Shown: positions 28,431 through 41,009 of the stretch, one piece after another
Layout: each line of letters opens with the position of its first letter
How positions within the stretch are numbered: the first letter of the stretch is position 1
Assembly (NCBI RefSeq): GCF_009914755.1
Contig: NC_060927.1
Reading direction: 5' to 3' (one strand)
Source: the human T2T-CHM13v2.0 reference genome, Homo sapiens
Length of the DNA stretch: 64,000 bases
Notes under the pieces: generated by a model
The model's database searches: none
Told to the model about the DNA's origin: nothing
What the model saw: only the letters and a program-made list of their open reading frames with translations
Made by a program: the position numbers and the translations under genes

Positions 28431-28869
28431 GTTGACTATTACTGACCTGTAACCCTGTACCATCCCGCCAGAAATTTCCTATGTGATATTTTGTACACAT
28501 CCAGAAGAAAACACTAGTGTAGTCTTCAGGTATTAAAAGATTCATGTCTGTATAATGGAAAAGAATAATCTCAGGGAGCTTTGTGATGGTTGTACCACAC
28601 GTGGAGGCTGGTTTCCATGCCTAGGTACTGCGTTTTAAGGGGATGTGCCAGAGCAAAAAGCCTCTTGTGGAGGGAAGGAGGATGAGGAGCCTAGGAGCCC
28701 AGAAGCCCTTTATTTGAAGAATGGTTGAACAAAATAGAGAAGCTTGCCTTGCAGAAGGGAAGACTTAGCCAGGGCTGTATAATGGTTCAGAGAAAGGATT
28801 TGGAGCATAGTTGTGTTCAGGAAAAAAAAAGTAGGCTTACTGTTTACTGGGAGGCAATATCCAAGTGAT

Positions 28870-29110
28870 TATAAGCATGGGTCCTGGGGTCAGACTGCAT
28901 TTATATCCTTGCTTATCCTATCACTATCTGCTGTCCTGGGAAAAACTTATTTCACTTCTTTCTGCCTCACTTGTCTTATCTATTAAATGGATATTATCCT
29001 ACTTCCTTCATAGAGGTGAGGTAAGAATTAATCGAGGCAATGCTAGAAAGCTCCTTCATACAGTACCGGGCACATAGTAAATGCCTAATAAACATGAGCG
29101 TTATCATTAA
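28870..29110 (+). mobile_element. MIR SINE
   Basis: ggggtcagactgc...cagtaccgggcacatagtaaatgcctaataaa. Confidence 0.85.
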
Positions 29111-29599
29111 TCACTACTGAAGTCCTGTTGGCAAGGACCACCCTACTGACTTGGTTTGTTTTTAATATGCATACCTGGAAGTGGACATTTGTTGTCCAAT
29201 TCTCAGCCAACTGTGGCTTCAGAGTACAAAAGCAGAGATGACAGTGCAGTGGATTAAGGGTGCTACTGTGCCGGTGTGTTAAGGACACCCACCAGGTTCA
29301 ACATATTGTTTTATGAACAAGGAGCCTAAACCTCAGAGAGGAGATGGTTCTGTCCTAAGGTTTTATGGAGAGTTATCTGAAGAACACAGCCTGTCTTCCA
29401 GTTCTTCTAAGAAATACTGCTTAAGGTTTTAAAATATGTCTGACAGCTGTTCTAACCACTTGCTGTAGTTCAGTAGTAGGGAGGGATGCGCTGTCAGCCT
29501 CAGGGTGTTCCCTAGACCCGGGATCACCACTCCGTCAATGCCTTAAGGGGCTTTTAGATGGGAGAAAGTACAACTGAATGACAGAAACTTCTCCATCAG

Positions 29600-30315
29600 C
29601 ATGTCTTGCCGATTCTACCACCATATATATCCAACATCCAGAATCTGACCACTTCAGCCCAGCTAGTGCTGCCACCTTAGCTCTTCTCACCATCATCTCT
29701 TGTCTGCACAATTGCAAGTCTCCAAACTGGCCTTCCCTGCTACGACTCTTGTTCTTATGACCTATTACCCACGCAGCAACACATGTGATGTGTAAATTTA
29801 GTCCTGCATCTCACCCCTATTCTGCTAAACATCTTCCGACAGGCTTTCTATTGCATTTGGAACAGAATCCAAACTCCCACCATGACCTGCCAGACCCCAC
29901 AGTGTCTGCCCTTGCCTTTTTCTCTGATTTCATCCCCCTTCACTCACCCACTTGCTCACAAGCTCTAGTCCCATTGACATTCTCTCTGTCCCCAGACATT
30001 CCAAGCTAGTTCTTATTGCAGAGCCTTTGCAAATGTTCTTCTACCAGATGTTTGAATGGATGGCTGCTTTTCATTAGTCATATTCCAGCCTAACCATCCC
30101 TTCTTTAGAGGGGCTGTGGATCTGTCCTCCTCTCTCCTAGCCTGTTTTATTATTCTCATGGCATAGAACCACTTTCTGAAACCTTCTGCAGTTATGTGTT
30201 TCGCTAAGTAAATCCCTTTACACTGGGGGCTTTTTACTTGTTTCCTGCTATATCCTCACTCCTAGAACAATGTCTGACCTTTGGTAGGTGCACTTCAAGT
30301 TTTTGTTGAATGAAC
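29600..30315 (+). mobile_element. L2 (L2a-like) 3' portion
   Basis: atccagaatctgaccactt, accatcatctcttgtctg, cagaatccaaactcc, ends ttttgttgaatgaa. Confidence 0.85.
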
Positions 30316-30526
30316 CCTTCGTGAATAAGAGTTTACTTCACCACAAGGGGCTGGTGTTCTTAAGGTGAACAAAGAAAGCAGTATTAGGAGAAGAAACATC
30401 GGACCCAAACTCAATCTTTCTGGAAATCCGCTGTCTCACTCCATCAGGGAGGGCAGGTCTTTTTAAGCTGAGGACCTAGGGGTCAGTTCTTAGTGGCACA
30501 GGAGGACATAACAACTAAATGTAAAT

Positions 30527-30868
30527 GTAAGAGGAATCCATAAATGAGCAGCTCAGAATTTGAGGTGAAGTGAGAGGGAATCAGAGAGTGGTCAAAGGGG
30601 CAATTAATTTATCATCCTGCCAATGTGAAGACCCACTATTAGCCTCTTACTTCTCCTTTCTAGCTGTATGTTCCTTCCCTCCTCTCCCTTCCTAGGATCT
30701 TAAAGTAGCTAAAAGTATGGTCAAGTTGGCCACTGGGACCCAATTTTGACTAGTTAATTTCTAGGTATGGTTACAACATCTCGAAAGCCTTCAGGACCCA
30801 GATGAATTGAAGAAATGTATGAACTTATGTGTGTCAGAAAGTAGGGAGTCGTGAAGTGGGTAGAGGAG
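30527..30868 (+). repeat. 342-bp dispersed direct repeat, copy 1 (inferred donor)
   Basis: Ungapped alignment to 35022-35363, about 26 mismatches counted by eye (~92% identity). Confidence 0.97.
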
Positions 30869-31118
30869 TGGACAACATGTGTCCACTTCCAGGTGTGCAT
30901 ATTAAAAACCAAGTCAGTAGGCTGGTCTTCGCCAGTTTGCTTGAGTATCTCATTTTAAGAAAGTTTCTAGTTTTATGATTTTTTTTTTTTTAAAAAACAG
31001 GTCAATACTTTTTGAATTTGTAAATTTCCTTTGTACAGATACTTGTTCAGTGCCTACTAAGTAAGGATGTGGGTGCATGACAAACCAAGTGGACACACAT
31101 GTATAAAAATTAGGTTGG

Positions 31119-31408
31119 GGCCAGGTGTGGTGGCTCACGTCTGTAATCCCAGCACTTTGGGAGGCCAAGGCAGGTGGATCACAAGGTCAGGAGATTGAGA
31201 CCATCCTGGCTAACACGGTGAAACCCCATCTCTACTAAAAATACAAAAAAAAAAAAAAATCAGCTGGGCATGGTGGTGGGCGCCTGTAGTTCCAGCTACT
31301 CAGGAGGCTGAGGCAGGAGAATGGGGTGAGCCTGGGAGGCGGAGCTTGCAGTGAGCCGAGATCAGGCCACTGCACTCCAGCCTGGGCAATGGAGCAAGGC
31401 TCCACCTC

Positions 31409-31437
<29 letters not shown>
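31119..31437 (+). mobile_element. AluY-type SINE with expanded middle A-tract and A29 tail
   Basis: Diagnostic gagaccatcctggctaacacggtgaaacc and gggaggcggagcttgcagtgagccgagat. Confidence 0.95.
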
Positions 31438-31440
<3 letters not shown>

Positions 31441-32589
31441 GCTTAAGGATTTGTTTATAAAGTTGATAGAATCCTAATTGCCCATTTTATTTTCTCCCTT
31501 TCCTAGGGATTTGTACTTAATATGATTAGTCAAAGTTAAAGATAAATTATTTGCTAATTTATTACTTGTTATTAGGTGAATGACAGCTGCAAAGTGCCAA
31601 AGTCCCTGTTTTCTTAGTATTATGTATCTCTACACAGGTGTTTTTATAGATGCTTATTTGAATAGAATATGTGAAAGTATTCCCACTGCTGTTTAAAAGA
31701 GGTATAAAACAATTATTTTTAAGAATAAAATTATTATAGAGGCATGTGTATTTAAAATAATATTAAATAATCCATTATCCAATGATCAATTAGAAGAAAG
31801 AAAGTATATCAGAGAATTGGTAACAGTAAATTTGTTCTTTTGGCAAATTTGGGGATATATTTACTGTCTGTTCCATCAGTACTCAACTTAGGAAAGTGGA
31901 AAAGATTGGCTTGAACTGTGGTTTGTGATGACAAATTGACATTAGGCAAGATTTATACTAGGTAAATAACCTAGCTATGAATCCAGATGATTTGAAAGTG
32001 AATGAATACTCATAGGCATGAATTAATCTCTGCTGGGGATAGCAATGCTGATGGAAAGAGTATTTTGGTGGCACGGGTCAACACAGGCCTTAGGCAAGTC
32101 ACTGGCTCTCCAGTAAACAACTCCCATTCCCTCTACACATGGCTGATTCTAGCAAGAGACTTCTGAAGTCCAGTGTGAGTTATCGACCTTGTATAGAATT
32201 GTCCCTTGGGCACTATTTTAATTTAGCTCAGTCTGAGAATGACTGGGTTCTGATATCTAAGGGCCACTGAGTGCGTATGTGAAATGGCGTGTGGCCTCAG
32301 CCTATTAGCACACAGACAAGCTGTATGTCAACCACACTTCTATTACTAGCTCTCTTCTCCCTCAAGGTTTAGAGACTGGGACTGAAAAGGTACAATTAAA
32401 CTGGCCTTTCACCTTTTGCAGCAGTGTTAAGGCATAGTGATAGGGAAGATAAACATTTTGGAGTGTATATCTCTTCTGACAAAAATCTTCAACTTTAAGA
32501 TCTATTCCTTTTGGCATCTTTCATTATGAGAGCAAACCATTTGGAACATTCTGGGCATCTAGACTTAATGCTAATGGACAAGGATTGTG

Positions 32590-32655
32590 ATATATATATA
32601 CACATGCACACACACACACACACATATATATATATACACATATATGTATATATAT
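32590..32655. repeat. Compound (TA)n(CA)n microsatellite
   Basis: Seen directly in sequence. Confidence 0.95.
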
Positions 32656-33359
32656 TCAGTCTCTAGGTCTTTAAATATGCGAGTTCCTCTTCCAGGAGTG
32701 CTCTAAGCCACTCCTTTTTTGAGCCCTGACTAAATTGTCAATCCTTTTGTCATCTGCATGGGAAGCAGCTCATGATCACATGACCTGTGCAGATTCTGAA
32801 GCCCTGTCTCAGACTTGCTGATTCAGAATCTCTATGGGCAGAAGGCTCAGGAATCTGCACCAAGACCAATGCACGTGCTGGAGTTTGTCTTTCCTTCACT
32901 GAGTTCTCATTCATCTCTTTAATTTGAGAGTGGCCCACATTGGGGTGAGTGTGACATTTTATTTCTTTTTATATTTTTAGAGTCATACAGAGCCAGGGCT
33001 CAGGATGCTGTTGACCGACTGAATGAATGCATTTCTCATTCATTTGGTTCTACTTCTGACTACAGGGCATGATACACTGAAATTAAGCTTCTTTGGTTTA
33101 AACAGCAACATTGAGGAAAAACTAAGGACTCTTTAGGAAGGATAGTTCAGATTTGAAAACCTGAGACATTAAATGTGATGAATCTTATTTTTTAGTGTAG
33201 TTAGGTGAAATGGCACAGTGTGTGGCCCATAGTAGGTCTTTAATAAATATTTATTGACTAGAGATATAAGCGAATTCATACAGGATTCTTATATCTGTAA
33301 GGGGTAGTGCACTAGGGTTTCTGAGGGGAAGTTAATGTTTTAGCACCTTCCTAGGTGAT

Positions 33360-33723
33360 ACATAGTCTAAATGTTTGTGTCCTGCCTAAAATTCATATGT
33401 TGAAATTGTAACTCCCAAAGTGATGGTGTTAGGAGCTGGGACTTTTAGGGAGGTGATTAGATCAGAGGGTGGAGCCCTCATGAATGGGATTAGTGCCCTT
33501 ATAAAATAGGCCCAAGGGAACTTGTTCTCCCCTTCCACCATGTGAGAACATAATGACAAGGTACTGTCTACGAACTAGAAAGCAGGCCCTCACCACACAC
33601 TGAATCTGCCAGCACCTTGATCTTGGACTTCCAGCCTCCTGAATGGTGAAAAATAAATTTCTCGTTTCTATAAGCCACCCAGTGCATGGCATTTTGTTAT
33701 AGCAGCCCAAACAGACAAAGACA
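33360..33723 (+). mobile_element. MLT1A0-like MaLR solo LTR
   Basis: aaattcatatgttgaaa...gaatgggattagtgcccttata...gcaccttgatcttggacttccagcctcc...gcagcccaaacagacaaagaca. Confidence 0.93.
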
Positions 33724-34404
33724 CTGGCAGCCATGGTCATGGGTAAGGGATGAGGCTTTCTGGAAGGACAATGCCATTCCATTTGTTCAGGGTGTGGGTT
33801 TGTCTTCTTCCTTACTGAGTCTTCAGAGCCCAGGATAATCCGTGTCATACAGCAGGGACTAAATAAATGCCTGTTGAATGAATGACTGCTGTGAGTTGTT
33901 GGCCCAAAGGAGCAGCTGCAATTTGGAAGATTTCTAGATCAGAAGAATGGCAGGGCACACTTGAACAGCAGGGATAACTCTGTCTCCTCAAAGCAGACCT
34001 GCTAGCTAAGAGGTCTGAACCGGCCCTGTTCCCAGCAGTGAGACTCCTCGATAGATGGACTCCATCTGGGTTCACCCTGGATAGTGTGAAGGGAGACTGG
34101 GGAGTGAAAGGCGAGGCAGTGTGAATTTTAAGATAGACCAGGCCAGGTGAACTTCACAGCCGCTCTAATAAGTGTGAGACATGTGGCATCTCTGCCAGCT
34201 TGGCTCCAGCAAGCACAGAGAATACCTTATAACCTTCCTTCTAGGGACTCATTAGTGAGGGGAAGCTGTTGCTTCAGCCAGCACGGGGGCCAGTCTCTCC
34301 AAGAAGCAGGTTAATTAAGGTGGGTGGACAGCCAGGAAGCATAAACAAGAAAATAGTTCAGAGTAAAATGTTAGCAGATCTATCTGGAAGAGATACCATT
34401 GGAA

Positions 34405-34560
34405 AATTTTAAGGTCACCCCTGCAAGCTGACTTTGGTCTCTTCATCTACAAGATGGGGATAATAATGCATCTGCCATATAGGAATATGAAGATTACATG
34501 GGATAATGTATATGGAAGTACTTTATACATTAATGTTCCATAGAAATGCTAGTTTGGTTT
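34405..34560 (+). mobile_element. MIR SINE fragment
   Basis: cttcatctacaagatggggataataatgc. Confidence 0.75.
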
Positions 34561-34569
34561 ACTTTCTGT

Positions 34570-35430
34570 CTGTGTCTGGTTCGACAAATACCTACTATGT
34601 GATAAGCACTGTAGGTGGGAAAAAGATGGATGCCCTGGTACCTAATGACTCTCCACAGTGTAGAGAAATGAGTATTTTAAGAAGAGAACCAGCACCAAGT
34701 GCTGGGGTATCAAAGAAAGGGAAAGAGAGTCCTTTTGCGGGTGTCAAAGGCGTCACTGAGGAGGCAGTGGTGAAGTGGGATTTATGAAATTAGGATTTTG
34801 ATGGGCTAACATGTGGAAGGACTGAAGATGTTTCAGGGGGAGGAACCACCCATAAACAAGGCCAGGGAGTCGAGGTGGAGTGCAGCTGGAGAGTAGTGAG
34901 AAATCTATGTAGCACATGCAGAAGGAGACGAGACAGACAGGCAGCTTGGAGCCGGATTATAGAGCCCTGGAGGTAGGTGGAGACCTGATTTGATAGAAGA
35001 AGGCGGCCATTAAAGGCAGTCGTAAGAGGAATCCATCAATCAGCAGCTCAGAATTTGAGGTGAAGTGGGAGAGAATCAGAGAGTCGTCAAAAGGGCAATT
35101 AGTTTATCATCCTGCCAACGTGAAGACCCACTATTAGCCACTTGCTTCTCCTTTCTAGCTACATGTTCCTTCCTTCGTCTCCCTTCCTAGGATCTTAAAG
35201 TAGCTAAAAGTATGGTCAAGTTGGCCACTGGGACCTAAGTTTGACTAGTTAATTTCCAGGTATGGTTACAACCTCTCAAAAGCCTTCAGGACCCAGATAA
35301 ATGGAAGAAATGTGTGAACTTATATATGTCAGAAAGTAGGGAGTCATGAGGTGGGTAGAGGAGGATGTCATGTGACTCATGCCATACTCTAGGAAAATGA
35401 AACTGATTGCAATAGGGAGGAGACAGAATG
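34570..35430 (-). mobile_element. L2 element interrupted by the 342-bp insertion
   Basis: acaaatacctactatgtg... ggccattaaaggcagt [insert] gatgtcatgtgac...tctaggaaaatgaaactgattgcaatagggagg follows L2 reverse-complement order. Confidence 0.65.
35022..35363 (+). repeat. 342-bp dispersed direct repeat, copy 2 (inferred inserted copy)
   Basis: Matches 30527-30868 at offset 4495. Confidence 0.97.
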
Positions 35431-35620
35431 CTAAAAATGCACATCATGGTTTTCATCAAATCCAGAGGTTATTTTAAGCCACAGAAATGAACAGACAAGG
35501 ATGCATTGGGATTTCAGACCTACTTCTGCAAGGGAATGAAGAGCAAACTGTGTCCTGATAATGACCCAGGAACAGTTCCTGTAAACAGAACAAGTTCTTT
35601 GAAGAGTCAGGCCAATTCAA

Positions 35621-35851
35621 ATAGAGTACAGTCCTGGGACAGACACTGCTGTGGGACTTCACATAGAGTACAGTCCTGGGACAGACACTGCTGTGGGACT
35701 TCACATAGAGTACAGTCCTGGGACAGACACTGCTGTGGGACTTCACATAGAGTACAGTCCTGGGACAGACACTGCTGTGGGACTTCACATAGAGTACAGT
35801 CCTGGGACAGACACTGCTGTGGGACTTCACATAGAGTACAGTCCTGGGACA
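35621..35851 (+). repeat. Minisatellite/VNTR, 42-bp unit x 5.5, perfect copies
   Basis: Unit atagagtacagtcctgggacagacactgctgtgggacttcac starting at 35621, 35663, 35705, 35747, 35789, 35831 (half). Confidence 0.99.
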
Positions 35852-36519
35852 AAACTCACTTAAATGATTTTTTCCCCTGGGAAGATAGCGTCACTTCTGA
35901 TAACTCCTTGAGAAATCTGAGCAGGTAAGCAGCATAGTAATGAAAATGAGACATGCTCCCAACAACTTGTATTAAAATGGGGGTGTCTGTGGCTTCAGTA
36001 TGATCTTGATTTTCTGATTTCAGAATAGGTAATTTCACAGGAGACTTCACGTTACCTGTATATAATATTTATTAAAAATTAACCCTTCTGGCTATGTTTC
36101 TAATTATAAAGCATTATCTGCTCAGTGCAGAAGTTTGGAAAACAAAAAGGCACTATGGCAAGATAACCATTGTCAATATTTTCTCTTATACTCTTCTAGT
36201 CTTTTAAAAGGGTATGTACAGTATGTACATATTTCTATATATATATACACATATTTTTTTTGGATATGTATTTGGATATGTATATACATAAGATGAAATT
36301 TCTATAAAAGTTTTATTTAATATAACATATGATTTTTGTGTCTAGACCTACTGTTGTGTATGTATTTACACGTATCAAGGCATACATAATATTTTTGTGC
36401 TCAGCTTTGTTCCTTTTGTAGTAGGTAGGCACATTTTTTCATGTCACGAAATATTCCTTGTAGTACGAGCTTTGATGTTCAGGGAAACAAGGCATTTTGA
36501 ATCTTGTAAGGTCTTTACA

Positions 36520-37040
36520 TTAATTATGCTGTGTCACAGCACTTAATAACATCTTATGTGTGTAAAGAATTTTCATGTGAATTGTCTCTTGATGTAATAA
36601 GGATTATCATTATTCCCATTTTCTAGATTAGGACCGTGAATTTTTCAAAAAGTTGAGCCTTTCCCCAAGTGAGATAATCAATTGGTAAAATAACCAGTAA
36701 CCTTGCCATTGACAAGTTGCCGTAAATTAGCCTTGAATGTCTGAGACTGGGAGACTGGCACTCAAATCCGGAAGTCCTGACTCAAATTCTCTATATGGCA
36801 GTGGTTAAGCTTATGAACTTTGGAACACACTTCCTGGGTTCAAGTTCTAGTTCTGCTGCTTATTTGGCCAAGTTCCTCAACCCATGCTAGCCTCTGTTTC
36901 CTTATCTGTGAAATGGGCATAATAATAGGACCCTCACATCCCCTGGATTGTGGATGATTAAGTGCATTAATCCATGAACAGCTCTTAGAATATGCCTGGC
37001 TCATACCAATTGCTATCCATATGAAGGCTTGCTATTACTA
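36520..37040. mobile_element. Two back-to-back MIRs (- 36520-36795, + 36800-37040)
   Basis: attattcccattttctagat; gtggttaagc...cctgggttcaag...gcctctgtttccttatctgtgaaatggg. Confidence 0.8.
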
Positions 37041-37401
37041 AAACAGGTCTTTTGTTTCCACTGTGCCAACTGTCACTTTTATGTGACTGAAACTTAATCT
37101 CCTTAATTTATTTTCCTCTAGCAAAGGTGATTATATATAAGACTCTAGCTAAATATAACAAAAGAAAGTTAATTTCATTCTAGAAAGGAATATGCACAGC
37201 TGTTAGCTCCCTTCTGAGAGGGCTCATTTTTTTCCCCAGAGGTAAATGAAAATTTAACTAGATGAGGGTGTTCACTTTTTAGAGGATTTTGGCTGAAACT
37301 GAAAGTAATATTGCTCATAGGTTTTGCATGGCAAAGCTTCAAACTATTTTGGGAGAGCAGTTTTTGGCTTGTTTGACTTCTGGTGTTGCCCCATCACCTG
37401 A

Positions 37402-37444
37402 CTGATACTCTTGGCTAAAATTGCTGATGCTCTTGGCTAAAATT
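37402..37444 (+). repeat. 22-bp tandem duplication
   Basis: ctgatactcttggctaaaattg / ctgatgctcttggctaaaatt. Confidence 0.9.
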
Positions 37445-38428
37445 CCAAAGTGGAGGTCGCATCTCTCCCTTGTTAATCAGGGTGTTTAATGCAAGGGCTA
37501 ATGATGTGATGTGCAACCACACCACAACTGTTAAGCCATGTGGCATTTGCCTGCTGTTATTTATGGTGAAGGCATTTATGCTTCTAGTTTTTTGAAGCAC
37601 CAAGCTACATAGGAAATAATGCTCCAAAGCACTTTTAGAGGTGGTGGGTGCTAGCTTTGTGTCCGAATCCAACATTCGTAGGTCCAGTCTGTGAACAGCA
37701 GGATGGGGGAGGGGATAATCACCTGAGATACAGTTGAATCAAGATGTATCGTATATTTGTGACTGTACAGAACAGAAATGTATATACTCACTGAAAAATA
37801 ACGTGTTGTCACCAACACTGTAAGAGACTGATATGGTATCAACCAGAGCTTTTATATTTAAAAAAAATGAAAATGATATTGCTTGGCTTCTCTTTTGGTG
37901 TATAGATTTGGCTTGTTTGATTAAAAAAAAAACCCACAAAACCCAAAACTCTGAGAATTGAAAGCACCAGGTTAAGAAATACATAGCAATGGAGGAAAAT
38001 CTTATGTGAATAATAAAAATGAGAGCTGTCATGTATCAAACTTACTGTGTGCTAGGCATAGCAGCTTTAGGGGCTAACCAGAGGTGTTGCACCCAGGTGC
38101 CAGTGCACGAGGGACATAGAAACAAGCCTCTAGGTGAGATGATGTGGGGAGAACTGTGTTTACATGCTCCCCCACAATGAGTGTTGTATATGCTGCATCT
38201 CTTGGATCATATACATATATATATCCTATCATATGCATCCCTTGCCCATGATAGAGTAGTGATATTCCAAGGGGCTTGTTCATCCCATTCCTCCACAGGG
38301 CTGATATTATAGATATTTCACAAGTAGCATGGTATGGATGCAGCCCCAACAGTACAGATGCAGGCAACGGACACCAGCATGGTCCCGTTGGTGCTGGTCA
38401 GCTAAATACCATCCCTGCCTCTCTAGAG

Positions 38429-38652
38429 AAGTGATTCTTTCTCAGGGGCCGATTTGCCCCCAGGAAACTGTTGGCAGTGTCTGAGACATATCTGGTTGTC
38501 ACAGCTGGTATGGGGAGGCTACTGGCCTCTTGTGAGTAGAGGCCAGGGATTTTGCTGTGCATTCAATACTGGACGGGATATGCCCACTCCCCACCCCAAC
38601 AAAAAATTATGCAGCTTCCAAATGTCAATGGTGCTAATGTTGATAAACCCAG
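38429..38652. mobile_element. MER20 hAT-Charlie MITE
   Basis: gatttgcccccagg, gtagaggccaggga, aaatgtcaatggtgc; 8-bp TSD ctctagag / ttctagag. Confidence 0.9.
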
Positions 38653-39787
38653 TTCTAGAGTGAGTCTCAGGCCAGACTTTCTTGTAAGAGGATGGTATGG
38701 CCAGCAGAGCTTTTCTTCTCTACTGTTGTCTCAATGCAACATGTGACATCTCTTCTAAATAAATTTTAAACCTATGTTTAAAGAATATTATTTGAAGGGA
38801 CACTGATTAGCATATACTGGATATTCCTATATCTTGGTCTCATCCTGGCTAGGTCCTTGATCTAGTCCTCTGCTAAGATTTAAATGTGCTATTTCATTAG
38901 ATCTGTTACATAATCCTATATATAACTAAAGGTAATATTGCTATATTTCAGAAAGCAGGAGAGAAAAATCCAAACCTCTGCTTATAGGTGAATCCCTTTT
39001 GGTATTATTTAGAATTAAATAGTATGGCAGTGGCCGTTTTATAACATGGTTGATTTTTCTGGAACAAGAAAATAAACTTATTTTGTACTCTGGAAAGGAC
39101 TGGAGAACTAATATTTTCTTAGTATCATTTTAAAGCCATAGATTTAACAGAATTGACAAATATAATCATTTCAATCCTGGTTATTATGGAGAGAATGAGC
39201 ATGTTTATCCATGCATGGAGTGCTTCCTGCCATGTAACAGGATGAGAGATGATATATTGCTATATGCAAAGAATTATAGCTTTTCCATTCCTGTCCCTGT
39301 ATGTATGGGGACACAACACTCAGGGAATGTAGATCTTCTAGACTTCAGAGCCTGATTTGTTAGCTGGGTCTGATATTTCCTTATCTACTAGGTTGATTTC
39401 CTGAGGTTTGACTATAAGATCTGATCTTGATCCTATAGACCATTAGTTTTGAAACTAACTTAGGCTCTAAGTATATTAAACATATTAACTCATTGATATA
39501 TTATGAATATTTCCATTTTATGGACATTGAAACTCAGGTACAGGGAGATAACTGTTGCATGTTACACCAGGCCTGAGCCTGGATTTGAACCTTGAGTTCA
39601 CGCATTGTGATGTGCCATTCCTCTGTGCTAATGTGGGACAGGATAGCATGGTTGGACAGGTGCTTTGGAGTTGGCTAAAAGCCAGACATTGATACTTCCT
39701 TGTCAGGTATTCTAGTCTCTGTAAGTTGCAGTCTTCTTATTTATAAAATAGGAATCAACAAATATATTTTCAGTGTTCTACTTAGTA

Positions 39788-40438
39788 CAGTTGATTCTTG
39801 TTATTTGCAGTTTTGTTATAAAGTCACCACAAACACTGTATTAGCAAATATTGAATTATTGCTCCTAAGAGAAATAGAAGGCTAGGGTCCTATGAGCTTG
39901 TGGTCATAACATTTTTGTCAACTCATTAATACATAATCTTGTTTTGTGTATCTTTTTAAAGTCACTTGGCAGTATATATTCTTGATTCACTAACATTGAA
40001 CTAATGATCAATAGCACTCTTACCCATGCTTGAACAGAGCTTATCTAACACATGGTTTTTTCCCTCATACGGTATGACACATCCTTCTTGTGCTTGGGAA
40101 CACTAGACAGCACTGCAACGCTATGGGTCATTCTAAGTGGCAAAATCACCAATAAAGATAACGAAAATGCAAAAAACATGGTACTAAATAGACCACAAAA
40201 AGGGCACTTATTTATATATAAAGGGTGAAACAATAAGGCAACACTCAAAATGGTTTTGCCTTGTTTGACCTCAGCTGTGAATGCACGTGTTGGGCTACTC
40301 AAAGTTTTCATTGTTTTGTGCATATCTGAGAATGACTGCCAAAATGCTATAAGTATTAACTGGAATCATAAGTAAATCTTAGTAAGCAGGTGAATTCACA
40401 TATGCAGAATTTATGAATAATCAAGGATGGATCCTATG
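39788..40438 (-). mobile_element. MER82 (TcMar-Tigger) element inserted in a MIR
   Basis: cagttgattcttgttatttgc terminus, ggaacactagacagcact, gacctcagctgtgaatgcacg; TA flanks; MIR resumes cctacagggctgt. Confidence 0.85.
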
Positions 40439-40834
40439 TACCTACAGGGCTGTAATAAGGATGTGTAAACTAAATTATATAGAGTATGTTACTGTGAGCA
40501 TGTGAAAGTATTCTACAGGTGGCAGCTATTTTTGTCACTTTAATGCCAAGGATTAAGTCCCTTTTCTTTTGAGTTTTTTCTGTGCTGGGCCCCTGTGAAC
40601 TGGGAAGGCTTTCTTCCAGAGAAGATGTCATGGCTATAGGAAGCAGCTTTTATATGGGCTATACTTGACCTACTTGCCCTCTTCACTTAAGGATATGAAC
40701 TAGGCAGCCCAGGGGAGGGATATATTGGATTGTGGAGGTGTACTGTAGAATGATAGAAGAAAAGAAAGGAAAGTTCAGCCCCATACCTCTCCCTGCATCA
40801 TAGGATTTTTGCTTTCTATTTCAAAGTTTTAGTT

Positions 40835-41009
40835 AATGCTTCTCAAGGCATGGTCTCCAAACTAGCATGCAGTGTCAATACCATCTGGGAACTTGTTAGA
40901 AATGCAAATTGCCACCCAGACCTCCTGAATCAGAAGCTGTGTAGATGGAGCCAGAATCTGTGTGGGAATCTCCAGGTGATTCTGAAACAGGCTGTTAGAG
41001 AGCCACTGC
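40835..41009. mobile_element. MER5A hAT MITE
   Basis: tctgggaacttgttagaaatgcaaatt..cccagacctcctgaatcagaa...gagagccactg. Confidence 0.85.

Noticed and set aside
33462-33848. 128-aa ORF
   Set aside because: Largely an antisense translation of the MLT1A0-like LTR.
35621-35851. CRISPR-like array
   Set aside because: Units are contiguous and identical with no unique spacers, there are no cas genes, and the context is primate DNA. It is a minisatellite.
35506-35928. 140-aa Cys/His repeat protein ORF
   Set aside because: Openness follows from a stop-free 42-bp unit; it has a non-ATG start and no recognisable homology.
38365-38398. Two interleaved stems (caacgg/ccgttg and accagca/tgctggt) suggesting a pseudoknot
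   Set aside because: Connecting loops of 1-2 nt are too short for an H-type fold, stems are short enough to arise by chance, and there is no evidence of transcription.
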